From: Octopus vulgaris
Lineage: Eukaryota
DNA: 64,000 nucleotides
Direction of reading: 5' to 3'
NCBI GenBank assembly: GCA_951406725.2
Contig: OX597815.1
Coordinates: 47,244,001 to 47,308,000, forward strand
The stretch's first letter is position 1, and the number at the start of each line of letters is the position of its first letter. Both the position numbers and the translations under genes were made by a program. The notes beneath the pieces were generated by a model. The model ran no database searches, was not told the DNA's origin, and saw nothing but the letters and a program-made list of their open reading frames with translations. Shown one piece after another: positions 38,869 to 53,342 of the stretch.

Positions 38869-40070
38869 GTATATTTATTGGTGTATATGTATAGACTAGC
38901 CTCCTAAAGTGTAGACACGAATCTGTAGGTACGAGCACGTATGTGTATATACGTGAACGTATGTAGATGTTTGTATGTATGAATATAACGCGTGCGTACG
39001 TGTATGTGTATGAGTGTACGAATGGGTGAATGTACGTGCTAATGAGTGTGCGTGCGGGAATGAGTACTTGCCTTCTAGTAGACAGACAAATGGACATGCA
39101 GCCATAGCCAGGATTCTTAGCCTTAGCGATCAAAGATAACAAAAGTAATAAATGAAGATAATAAAATTAAAATTAGGGAATGGGCCTGTATTGGATTGTA
39201 TATATATATATATATATATATATGCATTTGTATGTATGTATGTGTGTATGTGTAGGTATGTATAGGTATACATGTGTATGTGTGTGTGTATGTATATGTG
39301 TGTATGTATGTGTGTGCACACATGTATATATATGTGTGCGTGTATATGTATATATATGTGTATATATATATATATATATGTACATAGGTGTATGTGGGTG
39401 TATGTATATATAGGTGCAAATATGTGTATATAGGGAACTAGGTGTGTTGTGTGTGCATGAGTGTATGTGCGTATGAATATATATTTTTCTGTGTATATAT
39501 GTATGTGTGGTCGTGGGTATATATATATATATATATACATGTGTGTATGCGTGCATGCATGGGAGTGAGTGTATGCATATATACGTGTGTGTATGTGTAG
39601 ACAGGTATAGGCATGTGCATGTGTATAAATTTGTATATGTGGGCGGGTGTATGTATGTGTGTATGTAGATATGTATGTATGTGTGTATATATGTATATGT
39701 GTATATATATGTGTGTATATATATGTATATATATGTATGTATATATATGTGTGTATATATATGTGTGTGTAGATACGTATACATGTGTGTATAGGTATAA
39801 GTGAGAATCTCCTTATTTACCTATAACTCTATCCCCCCTTTTTTTATATATATATTTTTTTATATATATATATTTTTTATATATATTTTTTATTTTTTTA
39901 TTTTTTTATTTTATTTTTATTTATCTATCCCTTCATCTAACTTACCACTGACTCCTTGACCACTCCCCCAAGTATGATATTTTGCGCTATGCCTACCCCC
40001 AAAAAGTCCCCCACCACCACTCCCTTAAACCTGCCTAAATGTATAAATGCTAATACAATTCTTGTTAAAT

Positions 40071-40121
40071 AGCTTCCTGAAGATTTCTCTTGAATGAAAC
40101 AGTACTAGTCCTGTAGAAGCT
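40071..40121 (+). ncRNA. Type I hammerhead ribozyme
   Basis: AGCTTC-CTGAAGA-T.TTC(TCTT)GAA.T-GAA-ACAG(TACTAGTC)CTGT-A-GAAGCT; GUA cleavage triplet, predicted cut after 40115; stem II closes with a U.U mismatch. Confidence 0.75.
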
Positions 40122-40136
40122 CCTTCTATATAATAA

Positions 40137-40175
<39 letters not shown>

Positions 40176-40341
40176 CATATATTTATGCATATATAAATAT
40201 ATTTACATATATATACATATATATAGATATGTATATATGCATGTATATATACATACATGTATATATCCATATATATGTATATATATATATATATATATGT
40301 GTATATAAATATAAGTATACATAAGCATATGTATATATATA

Positions 40342-40388
<47 letters not shown>

Positions 40389-40404
40389 TTGGAGAGAGAG
40401 AGAG

Positions 40405-41164
40405 AGAGGCGATGACTAAATTCTGCAAAAATGAAAATAACACTGACATCTCATTTTAACAGATATATTTACCAAATCACATCAAAATATCTTGAAATAC
40501 TAGAGAGTAAATTTAGTCAATAAAATCACCATTGGCTTCAACTACGCCCTCCAGACGACTTCGGAATCTGCTGAAACTCGTCTGGACTGTCTCTTTGCTT
40601 AAGTTCGCAAATACTGCCAAAATCCTGGCCTTCCGTTCATCTTTGGTGTTACAAGGAATTATTTTGGTCTCTCGTTTAACTGCGCCCCACCCATAGTAAT
40701 CAGCGGGGTTTCAGTCTGGGGAGTAAGTGGCCAGATTTTGAGTGTGATGTGGTCACATAAATTATTTCACAGCCATGACTGGGTTCCCCTGCTTGTGTGG
40801 CATGGTGCAGAATCCTGTTGCCAGACATAGGGTCTTCCAGATCATGTGGGAAGATGAATCGAGATATTACATCGCCATCACTATTGATCATTCATAGCAC
40901 CATGAATTTAGTTGGCTGGATGTTTGATTTTTATCACTCTCGATACATCTTAGATTGCAATGTCCTCAGATTGACACACAAACACTCTGAAATATTCGTA
41001 TCGGAGCTTCCGGCACGAATGACAGGCAGTTCAGCAGCTCGTTTCCAAATTCAGGCAGATTGAATTGCGTCATGGTGCTGTTTAAATTACAGAAGGTGCC
41101 CAACAGACCCTACTATACTGTATATTCTAAAAAATCAAAAACAAACAAATCGCATGCACGAAAT

Positions 41165-41168
<4 letters not shown>
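40405..41168 (-). mobile_element. Internally deleted DD37D Tc1/mariner copy
   Basis: Minus translation INSDGDVISRFIFPHDL and QQDSAPCHTSR; same family as 46028-46845. Confidence 0.75.
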
Positions 41169-41198
<30 letters not shown>

Positions 41199-41311
41199 CC
41201 TGCTCGCTTAGCCAGCGGGGTGGCGTCATTCGAAGGCTAAAACAATGCGAACGCATTGTGACCAGCGATGTGTGGCAGCATCTGATGGTCTGGTCGGTCA
41301 CGGTGATCCCG

Positions 41312-41413
<102 letters not shown>

Positions 41414-41719
41414 TGTGTGTGTATGTGTGTGTGTGTGTATGAATGTATGTATGTATATACATATTATAAAATGTCAGTAGTAATTATTCCAGGCTGCTAG
41501 AAATTACTGAATGATAACAAACAATAGGTAATCGAGAAGCTTTTATTTTCTTCTACATTTCTAAGACTGTATCACCCCAGATTATTCTCCTAGTTATTTT
41601 GTATCTTGTTTTTCGTCTTAAACTCACTCTCATATTGCGCGAGTATATCAATTGCTCCTTTTAAGTGTGTACGTATGTATGTATGTATGCATGCATGCAT
41701 GTATGTATGTGTGTTTGTG

Positions 41720-41774
<55 letters not shown>

Positions 41775-41987
41775 TAGATAGATAGATAGTTATAGATAGA
41801 TAGTAGATGACCATAGCATCTTGTTTTGGCTACACGCGGGTGGGAAGGGGCTGGTGACACAATCCTTTCATTCACACTTTGAATTTGGTGATACTAGTTG
41901 CGGATTCTAGCTCGCTCTGATACTGAGTTGAGTTGGTGCCTTCTAGTATCTCAAAATTCAATATATAATCATTTATGATTATAGTAT

Positions 41988-42087
41988 TCTACGCTGAAGA
42001 GAAAAGAAGTTTGGGTAACGTAGAATTATTTAATATTTAATTCTTATGCTTTCCTAAAAACTTGATTTCGAAACGTGCGTCCGTAGA
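41988..42087 (+). ncRNA. Type I hammerhead with long stem II
   Basis: TCTACG-CTGAAGA-GAAA..61 nt..TTTC-GAA-ACG(TG)CGT-C-CGTAGA; GUC triplet, predicted cut after 42081. Confidence 0.8.
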
Positions 42088-42734
42088 TAACTTAAAATTG
42101 TATGATAGATTGCCGTCAATTCATTCTCTCTTACCTGTTTGTGTCTGCCTTCCAATTGCTGTGTTTTTTACTGAGATCTCCTTTTTAGTAGAAGAAATAG
42201 CTATAACTCTTTGACTGCTATTTCTAAATTCGGTCTGTGGTAAGGCAATTCGTTGCTAAACCCTTTATTGCTTAGTATTACTTAAATTTTCCTCGAATGA
42301 GGCTTTTACATGCCGAAGACTACTTGGTGTAATTGATAATTATTCCAAATTAATTAATTTCACCCTTCATTATTACGGATATATATATATAGATAGATAG
42401 GTAGATATATACGTGTATATATATGTATATGTGTGTGTGTGTATGTGTGTATGTGTGTGTGTACGAATATGTATATGTGAGAAAACAAGAAAGCTGTTTA
42501 ATAGCCCAGATTGCCAATCGTTCATTCATTTCAAACATATACTGGAAGAGAAATGTGGTGTAAGAAGTAATATAGGAAATAATTTCAAAAAAAAAAAAAA
42601 AAAAGAGAAAAAGGAAGAAAGAAAAGAAAAGAAAAGAAAAACAATAAACAATATGGGTAAGATTAATATTATGTGGAAATAAATGACCGAAAAATAACTC
42701 TGGGTTGAAACCATTTTTATTGATTTATATATAC

Positions 42735-42791
<57 letters not shown>

Positions 42792-43413
42792 ATATATATA
42801 TATTCCAGTTATTTTTTTCTGTTTGATAATGATGAACATGGTGAGTAATATAGCAGAAATTATTTATCACACGGGCAACAAACGGTCAGGAAAAACTATC
42901 TAGATATCAATTTTGTCTCACACTAGAACAGATTTTTCGGAGCAACTCACCAATGACTTTGGCACGGTACTGTCTATCGCCTTAATATTTTTATTGAAAA
43001 ATCTATAACCAGACCTTTCTCAGGTGATAACATCAATTATTTAACCATAAATCCAACGAAGAAAACTCACAGGAAGTAAAAAAAAATATATATAATTTTT
43101 ATTTGGTTAATATTAGAAGAAAAATACTCAAACACACGCATACACATTAACACACATTCCAATACACACAAAATATAAATTCACGTACAGGATAACAGGA
43201 TATGAGCGTCTGTGTGTGTGTGTGTGTGTGAATATTTGTATATTTGTAAAATAATTTTGTAGCACATGTGCTATTATATTGATATTTTATTTATAAGACA
43301 CAGACACACACACAAATACACAAACACACATACACACACACAGTTGCACGTCTATGAAATTGTTTATAAATTTGATTTAAAATCAAATGTGCGTATACAT
43401 ATATGTTTATATA

Positions 43414-43471
<58 letters not shown>

Positions 43472-43943
43472 CATACATACATACATATATACATATATAT
43501 TCATATATACATATATACAGTTTCACACACACACTCTCACACGTTTGTGCATACATACATACACACTCATACACAGACACACATATGTATATAAATAATT
43601 ACATATACTCATATATGTATATACGTATGAATACACTAAAATATTAATTCTATGTAAGTTTCAATCTGTACCCTGTAATCTTCTTTCTTTTTCTTACCGT
43701 GTATCTTTCCTCTGGGTCCCTTCATCCTCTCTCTCTCTCTCCTTCTCTTGCTCTCTCTCCTTCTCTTGCTCTCTCCTTTTTTTCTCTCTGAGTTCTCTTC
43801 CACTTTGCATACGTGTACACATGCAAACACACACACACATACACATATTTTTGTGTGTTTGTTATTAATCTGTTTCTGTGTGATACCATTTGCATGTCAC
43901 TCTATCAGTACACACACACAAGCACACTATGGAGTCGAGGTAC

Positions 43944-43981
<38 letters not shown>

Positions 43982-44007
43982 TGACTGACAGAGAGAGAGA
44001 CAGACAA

Positions 44008-44080
<73 letters not shown>

Positions 44081-44389
44081 CAGAGAGAGAAAGAGAGAGA
44101 TAAAGGTACTATATTTCTAAATTGTATTCATACACTTGTGAACGCATATGCATACACAAGTGTGTGAATACAGTTTAGAAATTTTCATTCTATATTTCTT
44201 ACATGAAATATAATAAAAATATAATAAAAAAGCCCATCGGACGCAAAAGTATGATGATCGTTTGAACTGCAGTGTCAAGGAATGCTATCTTGCAATTTCC
44301 ATGGTAACACTCGTTTCGCAAAAGACATCGATTATTCGGAAAACGATAACAACACCATAATCAAGATCATCATAAACAACATTAGAATG

Positions 44390-44390
44390 C

Positions 44391-44488
<98 letters not shown>

Positions 44489-44556
44489 TGATGATGATAA
44501 TAATAGTAATAATAAAAGTATTATTATTATTATTATTATTATTATCATTAATAGTG

Positions 44557-44594
<38 letters not shown>

Positions 44595-44634
44595 TGTAGT
44601 AGTGGTGGTGTTGGTGGTGGTGGTGGTGGTAGTG

Positions 44635-44679
<45 letters not shown>

Positions 44680-44758
44680 ATCTTTTTCATCGGTCACAAG
44701 GGCCGAACACAAAGCATAATGCCAACAACAGCAACAAAAACATTACAACTGCTACCAT

Positions 44759-44807
<49 letters not shown>

Positions 44808-44808
44808 G
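44390..44808. repeat. Compound AAT/ATT/AGT/ACT trinucleotide microsatellites
   Basis: Directly visible. Confidence 0.95.
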
Positions 44809-45417
44809 GTAAGCTGGTAGCGTCGTCAGCACGCTGGTTTTTTTCTGGCTTTACGTAATGAGTTTTTGCCTTTTTATTCATCCGGGGTCGATGAAATAAG
44901 TGCCAGTTAAGCACTGAGTCGGTGTAATCGATTAGTTCCCCTCCATCCTCAAATTGAAAGCCTTGTGCTTCTAATACGTAAAAGGGCTGGAAGGATTTAG
45001 AGGAGAAAAAGTATTTCTTGCTGGTATAGTTCTGTTGTTTCTCAGTCTCGGCCTTTATTTTACATTTATTGTACAGCCTTATTGCGCAGCATTATGAATA
45101 TAAACTTTTAAGGTGGCGAGTTGGTAGAATCGTCATCCCGCCGAGCAAAATGATTAGCGGCATACTCCACACACTCATACCCATACATACATACATACAT
45201 ACATACATACATACATACATACATACATACATACATACATACACGTTCACACACACACATATACACGCATATTATATCAAAAACTGATAGTCTATTCAAA
45301 GTTTCCTCCCGACTCTGTGCGAAAATCTGTCAACTTTTGATATAGATTAACAACAATCTAATTTTGATACCAAACAATCTTCGAACTGCGTGAATTAGAC
45401 TTTTAATATGTTACAAC

Positions 45418-45998
45418 TCCTACACTACATGTGTGGGAACTTCTGTCTGTGGGTGTGTTTGTAGAGTTGTTAGCTAACTCCTCTAACATCGTTTTATCGA
45501 TTTTGATGAAACTTGTCGCGTGAGTAGAACTCATTTCTGGAAATCTCATGACATACTCAGATTGTTGAAAAAAAAATCGATAATAGGGCCCCTGGAAGGA
45601 ATCCTTCCATATAACTAATATATTTTATTTTAAAAAACAAGAGAATAACCATTCATTTTCCTAAATTATTTGGTAAAAATGAAATTGAGTATAAAGTTAT
45701 TTTCACAATTTATCCAGTACAACCTTTAAACAAGTAAAAGGTATTTTCCTAAACAATAGATTCACTTATTTCGGTTAGTGACTTATTCACGAATATACCA
45801 ACAATAGCGCCCCTTAAGGTAATATTCTCTGGGAACGCACAAAAGCCCCTTTCAGAGATATTTACTTTGAATTGTTATTATCTCATACCTGATTAGCCTG
45901 TTATTACGTAACATGCTTCACGATTAGGGAGACAATTATGAGAACGGAACGAAGGGGTAATCCCCGCTTTCCCGTGAATTACCGGGTAAGTCAGCTAG
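45418..45998 (+). mobile_element. Non-autonomous Helitron-like element
   Basis: 3' CCCGTGAATTACCGGG hairpin then CAGCTAG|T; internal ATCGATTTTGATGAAACTT; related to the end at 7001. Confidence 0.6.
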
Positions 45999-46027
45999 TA
46001 TACACACACACACACACACACACACAC

Positions 46028-46845
46028 AGAGCTTGCGATGGGTAAATTGTTGCCATTTTATATCTTTAATTTCGCGCATACGCATTGTTTGTTTTTCCTT
46101 TTGTCAACTACACAGTATAGTAGAGTCAGTTAGACACCGTCTTTGAGAAAAATAGCACTATGGCGCAATTCACTTTGCCAGAAATTTGGAATCGACATGC
46201 TGTACTGCTTGGCATTCGCGCCAGAAGCTCCAGTACGAACATTTCAGAGTGTTTGGGTGTCAATCTGAGGACATGTATTGAAAGTGATAAAAATCAAACA
46301 TTCAGTCAACATCGTGGTGTTTGGAATGATCACTATTGATGGCGACTTTGTGCCTCCATTCATCTTTCCACACGGCCTCACACTCAGAACGGAGGCCTAC
46401 ATCAAGTGCCTGGAGGTGGTAGTGCTGCCCTTGGTCAAGAGGGTGACTGCTGGAAGACCTTATGTTGGCAACAGGACTCTGCACCATGCCATACAAGCAG
46501 GAGAACCCAGTCATAACTGTCAGACAACTTATGCGACCTCATCACCCCTAACTCCCCAGACTGCAACCCTCTTGATTATTATGCGTGTGGCGCAGTTGCA
46601 GAAATAATAAAAAAACTCCTTGTAACACTAAAGATGACCCGAAGGCACCGACTGTTGCACAATTCACCAACTTAAACAAGGAGACCTACCAGAAGAGTTG
46701 CAAGTCGTCTGTAGGCCGTGGTTCAAGCCAATGGAATTTTTATTGAATAAATTTACTCTTTAATATTTCAAGATATTTTTTATGTAATTTTGGTAAATTT
46801 ATCTGTTAAAATGAGATGTCGGTGCTATTTTCTTTTTTGCGTATA
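46028..46845 (+). mobile_element. Internally deleted DD37D Tc1/mariner copy
   Basis: VVFGMITIDGDFVPPFIFPHG..YIKCLEVVVLP..QQDSAPCHTSRRTQ..SPDCNPLDYY. Confidence 0.8.
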
Positions 46846-46849
46846 AATA

Positions 46850-47270
46850 TCAAATCCTGAAGGACAACTCATTTTCCCATATGAGGTAGTGGTAACGTCA
46901 CGCCGATCAGATATGTTCCTACTATTCTGCTATCCAGGAATGCAAAAGCAATCACTATCGTTTAACTTTTAACGTCTTGAAAGGATAGACTTGACATTTC
47001 TCATCAGCTGAAGAAAGCCAAATATCAGGACTTGGTCAACGAAGAAGTTGTCAAGGTTTTATTCTCTATTGAGGTCGGCTGCCGTGACTTTCCAAATGGG
47101 TCGGTGCGTTATTTCTTGAAGAAGTGTGCCCAGGCAGTCAAAGAATTCACCGAGAAGATAGGCAGCTGAAACCGGCTCAAAGGCGCTACGATTCATAAGA
47201 GAAGACAGCTAGAACCCTTTCGCAGGTAAAACGTTTTAGTTAAGGGGCAAAACACTTGTAACTCTATCCA
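46850..47270 (+). pseudogene. 3' fragment of an RLE-type non-LTR retrotransposon (HERO-like)
   Basis: Across frameshifts: QLIFPYEVVVTSRRSD...HQLKKAKYQDLV...IEVGCRDFP, matching the RPD / KxxKY / EVGxRGF endonuclease motifs. Confidence 0.7.
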
Positions 47271-47855
47271 ACCTGCTGATGATATAGACGTGCTTCCGAA
47301 ATTTTCGGTGTATTCAGGGAAGCTTGCGAAAGCTTTGATAAGCTCTTGCAGTTTTTGAATGGGTTAAGGTATCTCCGATGCTTGTTTTTCCCCTTAACAT
47401 ACATACATACATACATACATACATACATACATACAGCATGCATGCATGCATATATGCATAATACATATATGCATACATACATATATACATACACACATAC
47501 ATACATACATACATACAGCATGCATGCATGCATATATGCATAATACATATATGCATACATACATACATACATACATACATACATGCTTAAATACCAATCA
47601 TGAGACTTTAGACTTCTCAAAACCAGAATGGTAAAATCTGATTCGAAGATTACAGATCGAAGCTGTAAAACTTTCCAGAAGTTTGTCATTTAAGTATAGG
47701 TGCACATGTCTAGATATGCAACTATATTCATGAGAATACATACATAAGACAAGACATTCAAATCTATCTGCACATGCATTGTTGCCAAGTACTGCACATG
47801 TACACAAATACATATAAAAATACCTTATTGATGTTGATTATTTCCTCTCTTTCTG

Positions 47856-47906
<51 letters not shown>

Positions 47907-47929
47907 TTATATATGCAAGCGTTTATGTT

Positions 47930-48132
47930 TATGCTTGTCCCTCATTTCGCTTACCAATCGATGTAGGTTCGTTTACGTTCCCGTACCCTAGTGATTCGGC
48001 AAAAGGAACCGATAGAATAAGTACCAGGTTTTAAAATAAATACTGAGATTGACTTGCTCGACTAAACCGTGCAATGCAGTGTCCCAGCATGACCACAAGC
48101 TAATAAGTGAAACACGAGCAGGGAGAGTAAAG
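47930..48132 (+). mobile_element. Family B SINE 3' part, diverged
   Basis: TTCGGCAAAAGGAACCGATAGAATAAGTAC. Confidence 0.7.
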
Positions 48133-48239
48133 ATGATATATATCGGACGTACGTTCATTCATCCATACAAAGATGCATAAGCACGTAAACACACACACAG
48201 ATACACACACACAAGCACGCACACACACAGACACACACA

Positions 48240-48286
<47 letters not shown>

Positions 48287-48679
48287 CTATGCTTGTGTGT
48301 ATGTGTGAATATATGTGTGTACAGTGAAAGGGAGAGATGGAATGAGAGTTAAATAGGTACTGAAATACTTATGGCATTGAGCTATAAAAATGAATCGGTA
48401 AAACACTGCACATGATTTGAGGTAAAACAGTTGGTGAATGAAAATTTGTGTAGAAAAGCCAAGCACAGACTTAACTTCATTTTCCATTTCCCAAATATGA
48501 GATGATTTATTAAATGATTGGATTACGGGGTCATTAGCTGCCTTTGCAAGTGTCATATATATATAGTCAAATATATTTTTTGGTCATCTAGAAGCCCTGA
48601 ATAGGAATGAAAAAAATTCGAACCACAAGCTGAACTAAAAAAAGATAAATAAATAAATGTCGATTACGAGTAATTTCAG

Positions 48680-48894
48680 AGTTTGGAAGAGACCTCCCCC
48701 CCCCCATTTTTGGGGAAGGGATCAAATCAATTACATCGACCCCAGTGTTCAACTGGAACTTATTTTATCGACCCCGAAAAGTAAAAAAAAAAAAAAGCAG
48801 ACCGCGGTGGAACTTGAACTTAGAATGTAAAGACGGACGAAATGCAGCTTTGCATTTTATCTCGTGCGCTAGCGATTCTGCCAGCTTACCGCCA
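48680..48894 (-). mobile_element. Family C SINE, diverged
   Basis: ATCGACCCCAGTGTTCAACTGG...GATTCTGCCAGCTTACCGCC. Confidence 0.75.
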
Positions 48895-50618
48895 TAGTGT
48901 TTATATGTTAATAGTAACAGTATATCTTTTTGCGAAATATTTGTTCATAAATGAATTATGCAGTATTAAAAGTGCTAACGAAACATTTGGATAATCTTTT
49001 ATTCAAATATATACAGGTTAAGTTAGATAATCATACATAGAGAAAAATAGAAAGATTGATGCGACTGAGTTTGTGATACATTCAAGGAAAACAGAAAATA
49101 ATATTTTGAGATAAAGATATCGTTGTTTTAAAATTTAGCTGTTTAGAATAAGGTAAACGTGAGTGAGAAGATCATAGAGAAAATGAAAGGAGAAACGAAG
49201 ACAGAGAAAGGAGATTAGTTTGTAAGACTGTAATGGTGTACTTAAATTACAACTGATATTTAAGCTTGTTACTTTTACAACAGAATTCACCTGTGTAAAT
49301 TAAATAAATATTTGCTTCTGTTATCAAAGAGAATCATGCCTTTGAAAACTTTGCAGACTCTTTGGTAATTGATCGATTAGATAAACGTAGGTGTAGGAGG
49401 TAATCAGAAGAACAGAGACATTCTTCTTTGAATTGCAATTTTCAGCAAATTAAATTGCATATGTAATCTATGATTGGTTCAGCTTTACTAAAGAGAATCA
49501 ATTCTGAAGAACACCAGATTTCTCAGACACATTAGTAAATCGGAATTTATTCGTCCACATACATTTGAGAAAGCAGTTTTCAATTTACTACTGATCCTAT
49601 TGGCTGCCGAATAAATTCAAAGAAACTGTTCAAATGATTTACTGCTTCAATGAACCAGCAACGCACGTGTTCTGTTGCTACCCGTATCGACTACGAATTC
49701 TCCCGCGTATTCTGTTGATCTGATCAAGTGGCCTTTGTTAGTCAACTGCTGCAATCTGAGTTTACGTTGGAATCCGTTCGCTGGAGCGAATGAGGTACCT
49801 TTTCTGATGTGGCCTCAGAACAGTTGCGAATAGATAAAACGTTTATTGCACGATTTGACAAGCAAAGTAAAACTCAGTCATGCGTAACAGTCCGACTTGT
49901 TAAGTGGTTTTTCAGCGAGAGCAATAGAAACTGTGAGTTATTTCTGTAGCAGCAAGAAACTAGAATCCGTTCTGATGACTCTTTTATTTTAATGTTTTAT
50001 AATTATAGAGTTGCTAGATCGCTAGAGAATGAACTCTTTAGCAGTGCACTAAAGCATAGTATGCTTTGACATTTCAACAAAAGCAGTCAACGTAAAGGAA
50101 TAGACCAATATATTATAAACCCAGCTTGCTTTCCTGTGCAGCCATTCTGCTGCAATTCTTGTTACGTGTATCTCAACTATTCAGCAAAATAGAAAGAGAG
50201 GAAACTTAACAGATAGTTATTACAGTTGACCGCTTTAAATCAGAATTTTACGATGTATTTCCAAAGAAAAAAAGATCTCTAAAATATCAAACAAGAAAAA
50301 AATAAATCGACGAAATAAACTAAAGTCCCTTTGACAGAAAGTTGGTTCCCTGTAAGAGAAATTGAAGATAAAAAAAATATAAGAAAATAAAATAACAGTT
50401 CGGCATTGTCCTGTGCAAAAAGAAAAATGAAAGCGTGGTAAATTGACGCTGCCCGTTGTGAGAGAAACTTTAGATCTCTGCAGTGAATCTAAAATGGAGT
50501 GCAATCGAGTGTTAACACTGCTGCAGCCAAGTATATCACGTCGCTCTAATACATGCATATATACACACACACATACACATATCTAAATACTTACATACAT
50601 ACATTCACACACATACAT

Positions 50619-50649
<31 letters not shown>

Positions 50650-52248
50650 CATTCCTTAACCGTCTAGTTAAATAGATGGAGAAAAGCACAGACTTTCTTC
50701 AAAATAGAAAGCATTGATGCTGAGCACCGATTTTAATGTTAGCAAACCTCAAAACAATGCAGAAGATTTTTTTTAAAAACCCCGTGGTATTGATTTTCTG
50801 GATGGTCTTTCATGTACTTTTACACACTTTGGTTTACAACAGAAATTCTGAGTTTTCCTTAAAACCTCGTATGATGAATTTTAAGTGAGAATTTCTAATT
50901 CCTTTTGATAGCATATGCTCCTGACATTGCAAAGCACAAAACTTGACGACAACACCCAAATAGATAGATCACCCAAACCGAGTCGTTGTTTTATTTTATA
51001 ACTGCCGTTAATGTCTGCCGACTGAAATAAAATACACATACAGTTGAAAAGTTGAGACCTTATCATTTGTATCTTACTGGAAGAGTAAAAGAAAGGTAAG
51101 ACAATTGGTGACATAGAGCATGATGGATGAAAATTTAATAATATATAAAAATACTATTGGAGATGAATTGATGGTTACTTGTCACTCAGATTCGAGGCAA
51201 CAACTAGTACATTTCCTCTCTAGTTTTATACAAAGAACTAAAAGAAAGATGATGTTTAACCTTTTCACAGTGGCCACGTTGTTGTTTAAAGCTCGAGTAG
51301 GTTTTGTTTCTTTAGCTTCTCATTTAGAAAAGAAGTGACTGATGTACTCACTCCTCTTTTTATGTTTTTCTGTTAATTATAGCTAGAAGTTGCACTCAGA
51401 AACGACGCCTGGTTTCAGCACTTACAGTAGAGTAGAGAAGACTCAGCTAAATTTTGAGAAGACCCACGACTAAAATGTTGGTGTCTATCACTTATGACTA
51501 AAGCTCCCCCCCCCCCCAGCTGACTTTCTCACGGCTTCCACCTGCTAAATTTCACTTACAAATAATTCATAGAACGAAGTCTACGATACGGGGCACATGG
51601 ATTTCGAAAGGAACTTCTTGACCTCTCACTTATGCTCAACACGTCAAATCAAAGCGTAGCGCCGTTATTGAAGGTACTGAATGCAGATTCTTCCATAATC
51701 TACAGTCATCTACATGTACAAAAACACTCAATGTTGAGTTTCTTAGGAATATTTGGAATTCCCTTTACAGGTTAAAGATTAACGAATATGTTGCACGGCA
51801 GAGTAGATATACAGGTCTATCGTTTCATTTTGCTTAAATACCTTCAGATATTTAGGCGTTATTCCTAATTCTGCATAATTCTCTTGAAGGAAATTGTAAG
51901 AAAATGCATTTGAACCTTTTCTAAAGTTACACACACACAGACACACACATATAAACATGACACCTGGTGTTATGTCCTGTTAATTGTATTTGTATTTGTG
52001 TAACATTTCTCTGCTTTTTTTTTATTTCGTCCTTGTTTTTGCATACATTCGCTGCTTTCTTCCAAGGAATCTAATGCTCTTAGCTTATTTTTTCATTGGG
52101 GCTGGCCAGATTGGAGCAATCTCGAGTGTAACCTGCCGAAATTGCAAAGATAATCTGGAACTCGAATGAGGATAGAAAACTCCGAACGACCCGTCCTTGT
52201 TTTCCTTGTGTCTGGATGTTTTGCGTTCTTGTCCTATTCTTGTATTTT

Positions 52249-52294
<46 letters not shown>

Positions 52295-52647
52295 AACACA
52301 CACATAAACACACACACAAATATATATATATATACAGATAAATTCCTCTATTTACATAATATCGAGGTCTCTTTCTTTCTTTTGTTATCTTACCACTTGT
52401 ATCAATATATATATATATATATATGCATATACACTTAATCCGATAAAAACGTTGATAATTGTTAAAACTGCTTCTATATTGTAATGTTTGATCTGGAAGT
52501 ATTAACACTATGAGTAAAATAGTTGAGAATCTTGATATGTAATAAGATCCTTATAAGCTTGAACACTTGTTTATGTCCACGTATGTATACATCCATCCAT
52601 CCATAATTGCTCACTCATCTATACACATATATATCACACTTGCGTGG

Positions 52648-52683
<36 letters not shown>

Positions 52684-53083
52684 ATGTGTGTAAGGTATTT
52701 GCTAACATTACGCTATGAAAGAAGACAATTGCTTAAGGTTCTTCATTATGGAATCTAATCCAGAAGCATGCATTTGCGAAAGCAACTTGCTATTTATACA
52801 CAGATTTTGATGAAAGCCTTTTAGTTATGAGTATCCCGTTTTTTATTTCTAGAATAGAATACATTATCGAAAATGCCATGATTTTTATAAGATACAAAGG
52901 GCAAGAGACGCTTTGGTTGTCTGAGATTAGTGATAATGAAGGCAGGGGTGAAGATTAACCTAAACTTTCGAAAATTAATGCTGTCAGAGAAGACAACTGG
53001 AGGGTGTTAAAGAGCTGCAATTCCTTGGAGAAAGGAATTATTTTGTAAAGATACATACATACATACATACATACACACATACA

Positions 53084-53111
<28 letters not shown>

Positions 53112-53114
<3 letters not shown>

Positions 53115-53342
53115 TTCTTTACTACCCACACGGGGCTAAACACAGAGAGGACAACAATAACAGACAAACAGATTAAGTCGATTATATCGACCCCAGTACG
53201 TAGCTGGTACTTATTTAATCGACCCCGAAAGGATGAAAGGCAAAGTCGACCTCGGCGGAATTTGAACTCAGAACGTAGCGGCAGACGAAATACCGCGAAG
53301 CATTTCGCCCAGCGCGCTAACGTTTCTGCCAGCTCGCCGCCT
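53112..53342 (-). mobile_element. Full-length family C SINE inserted in (TACA)n
   Basis: Closely matches 35290-35522 including the tail. Confidence 0.9.
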
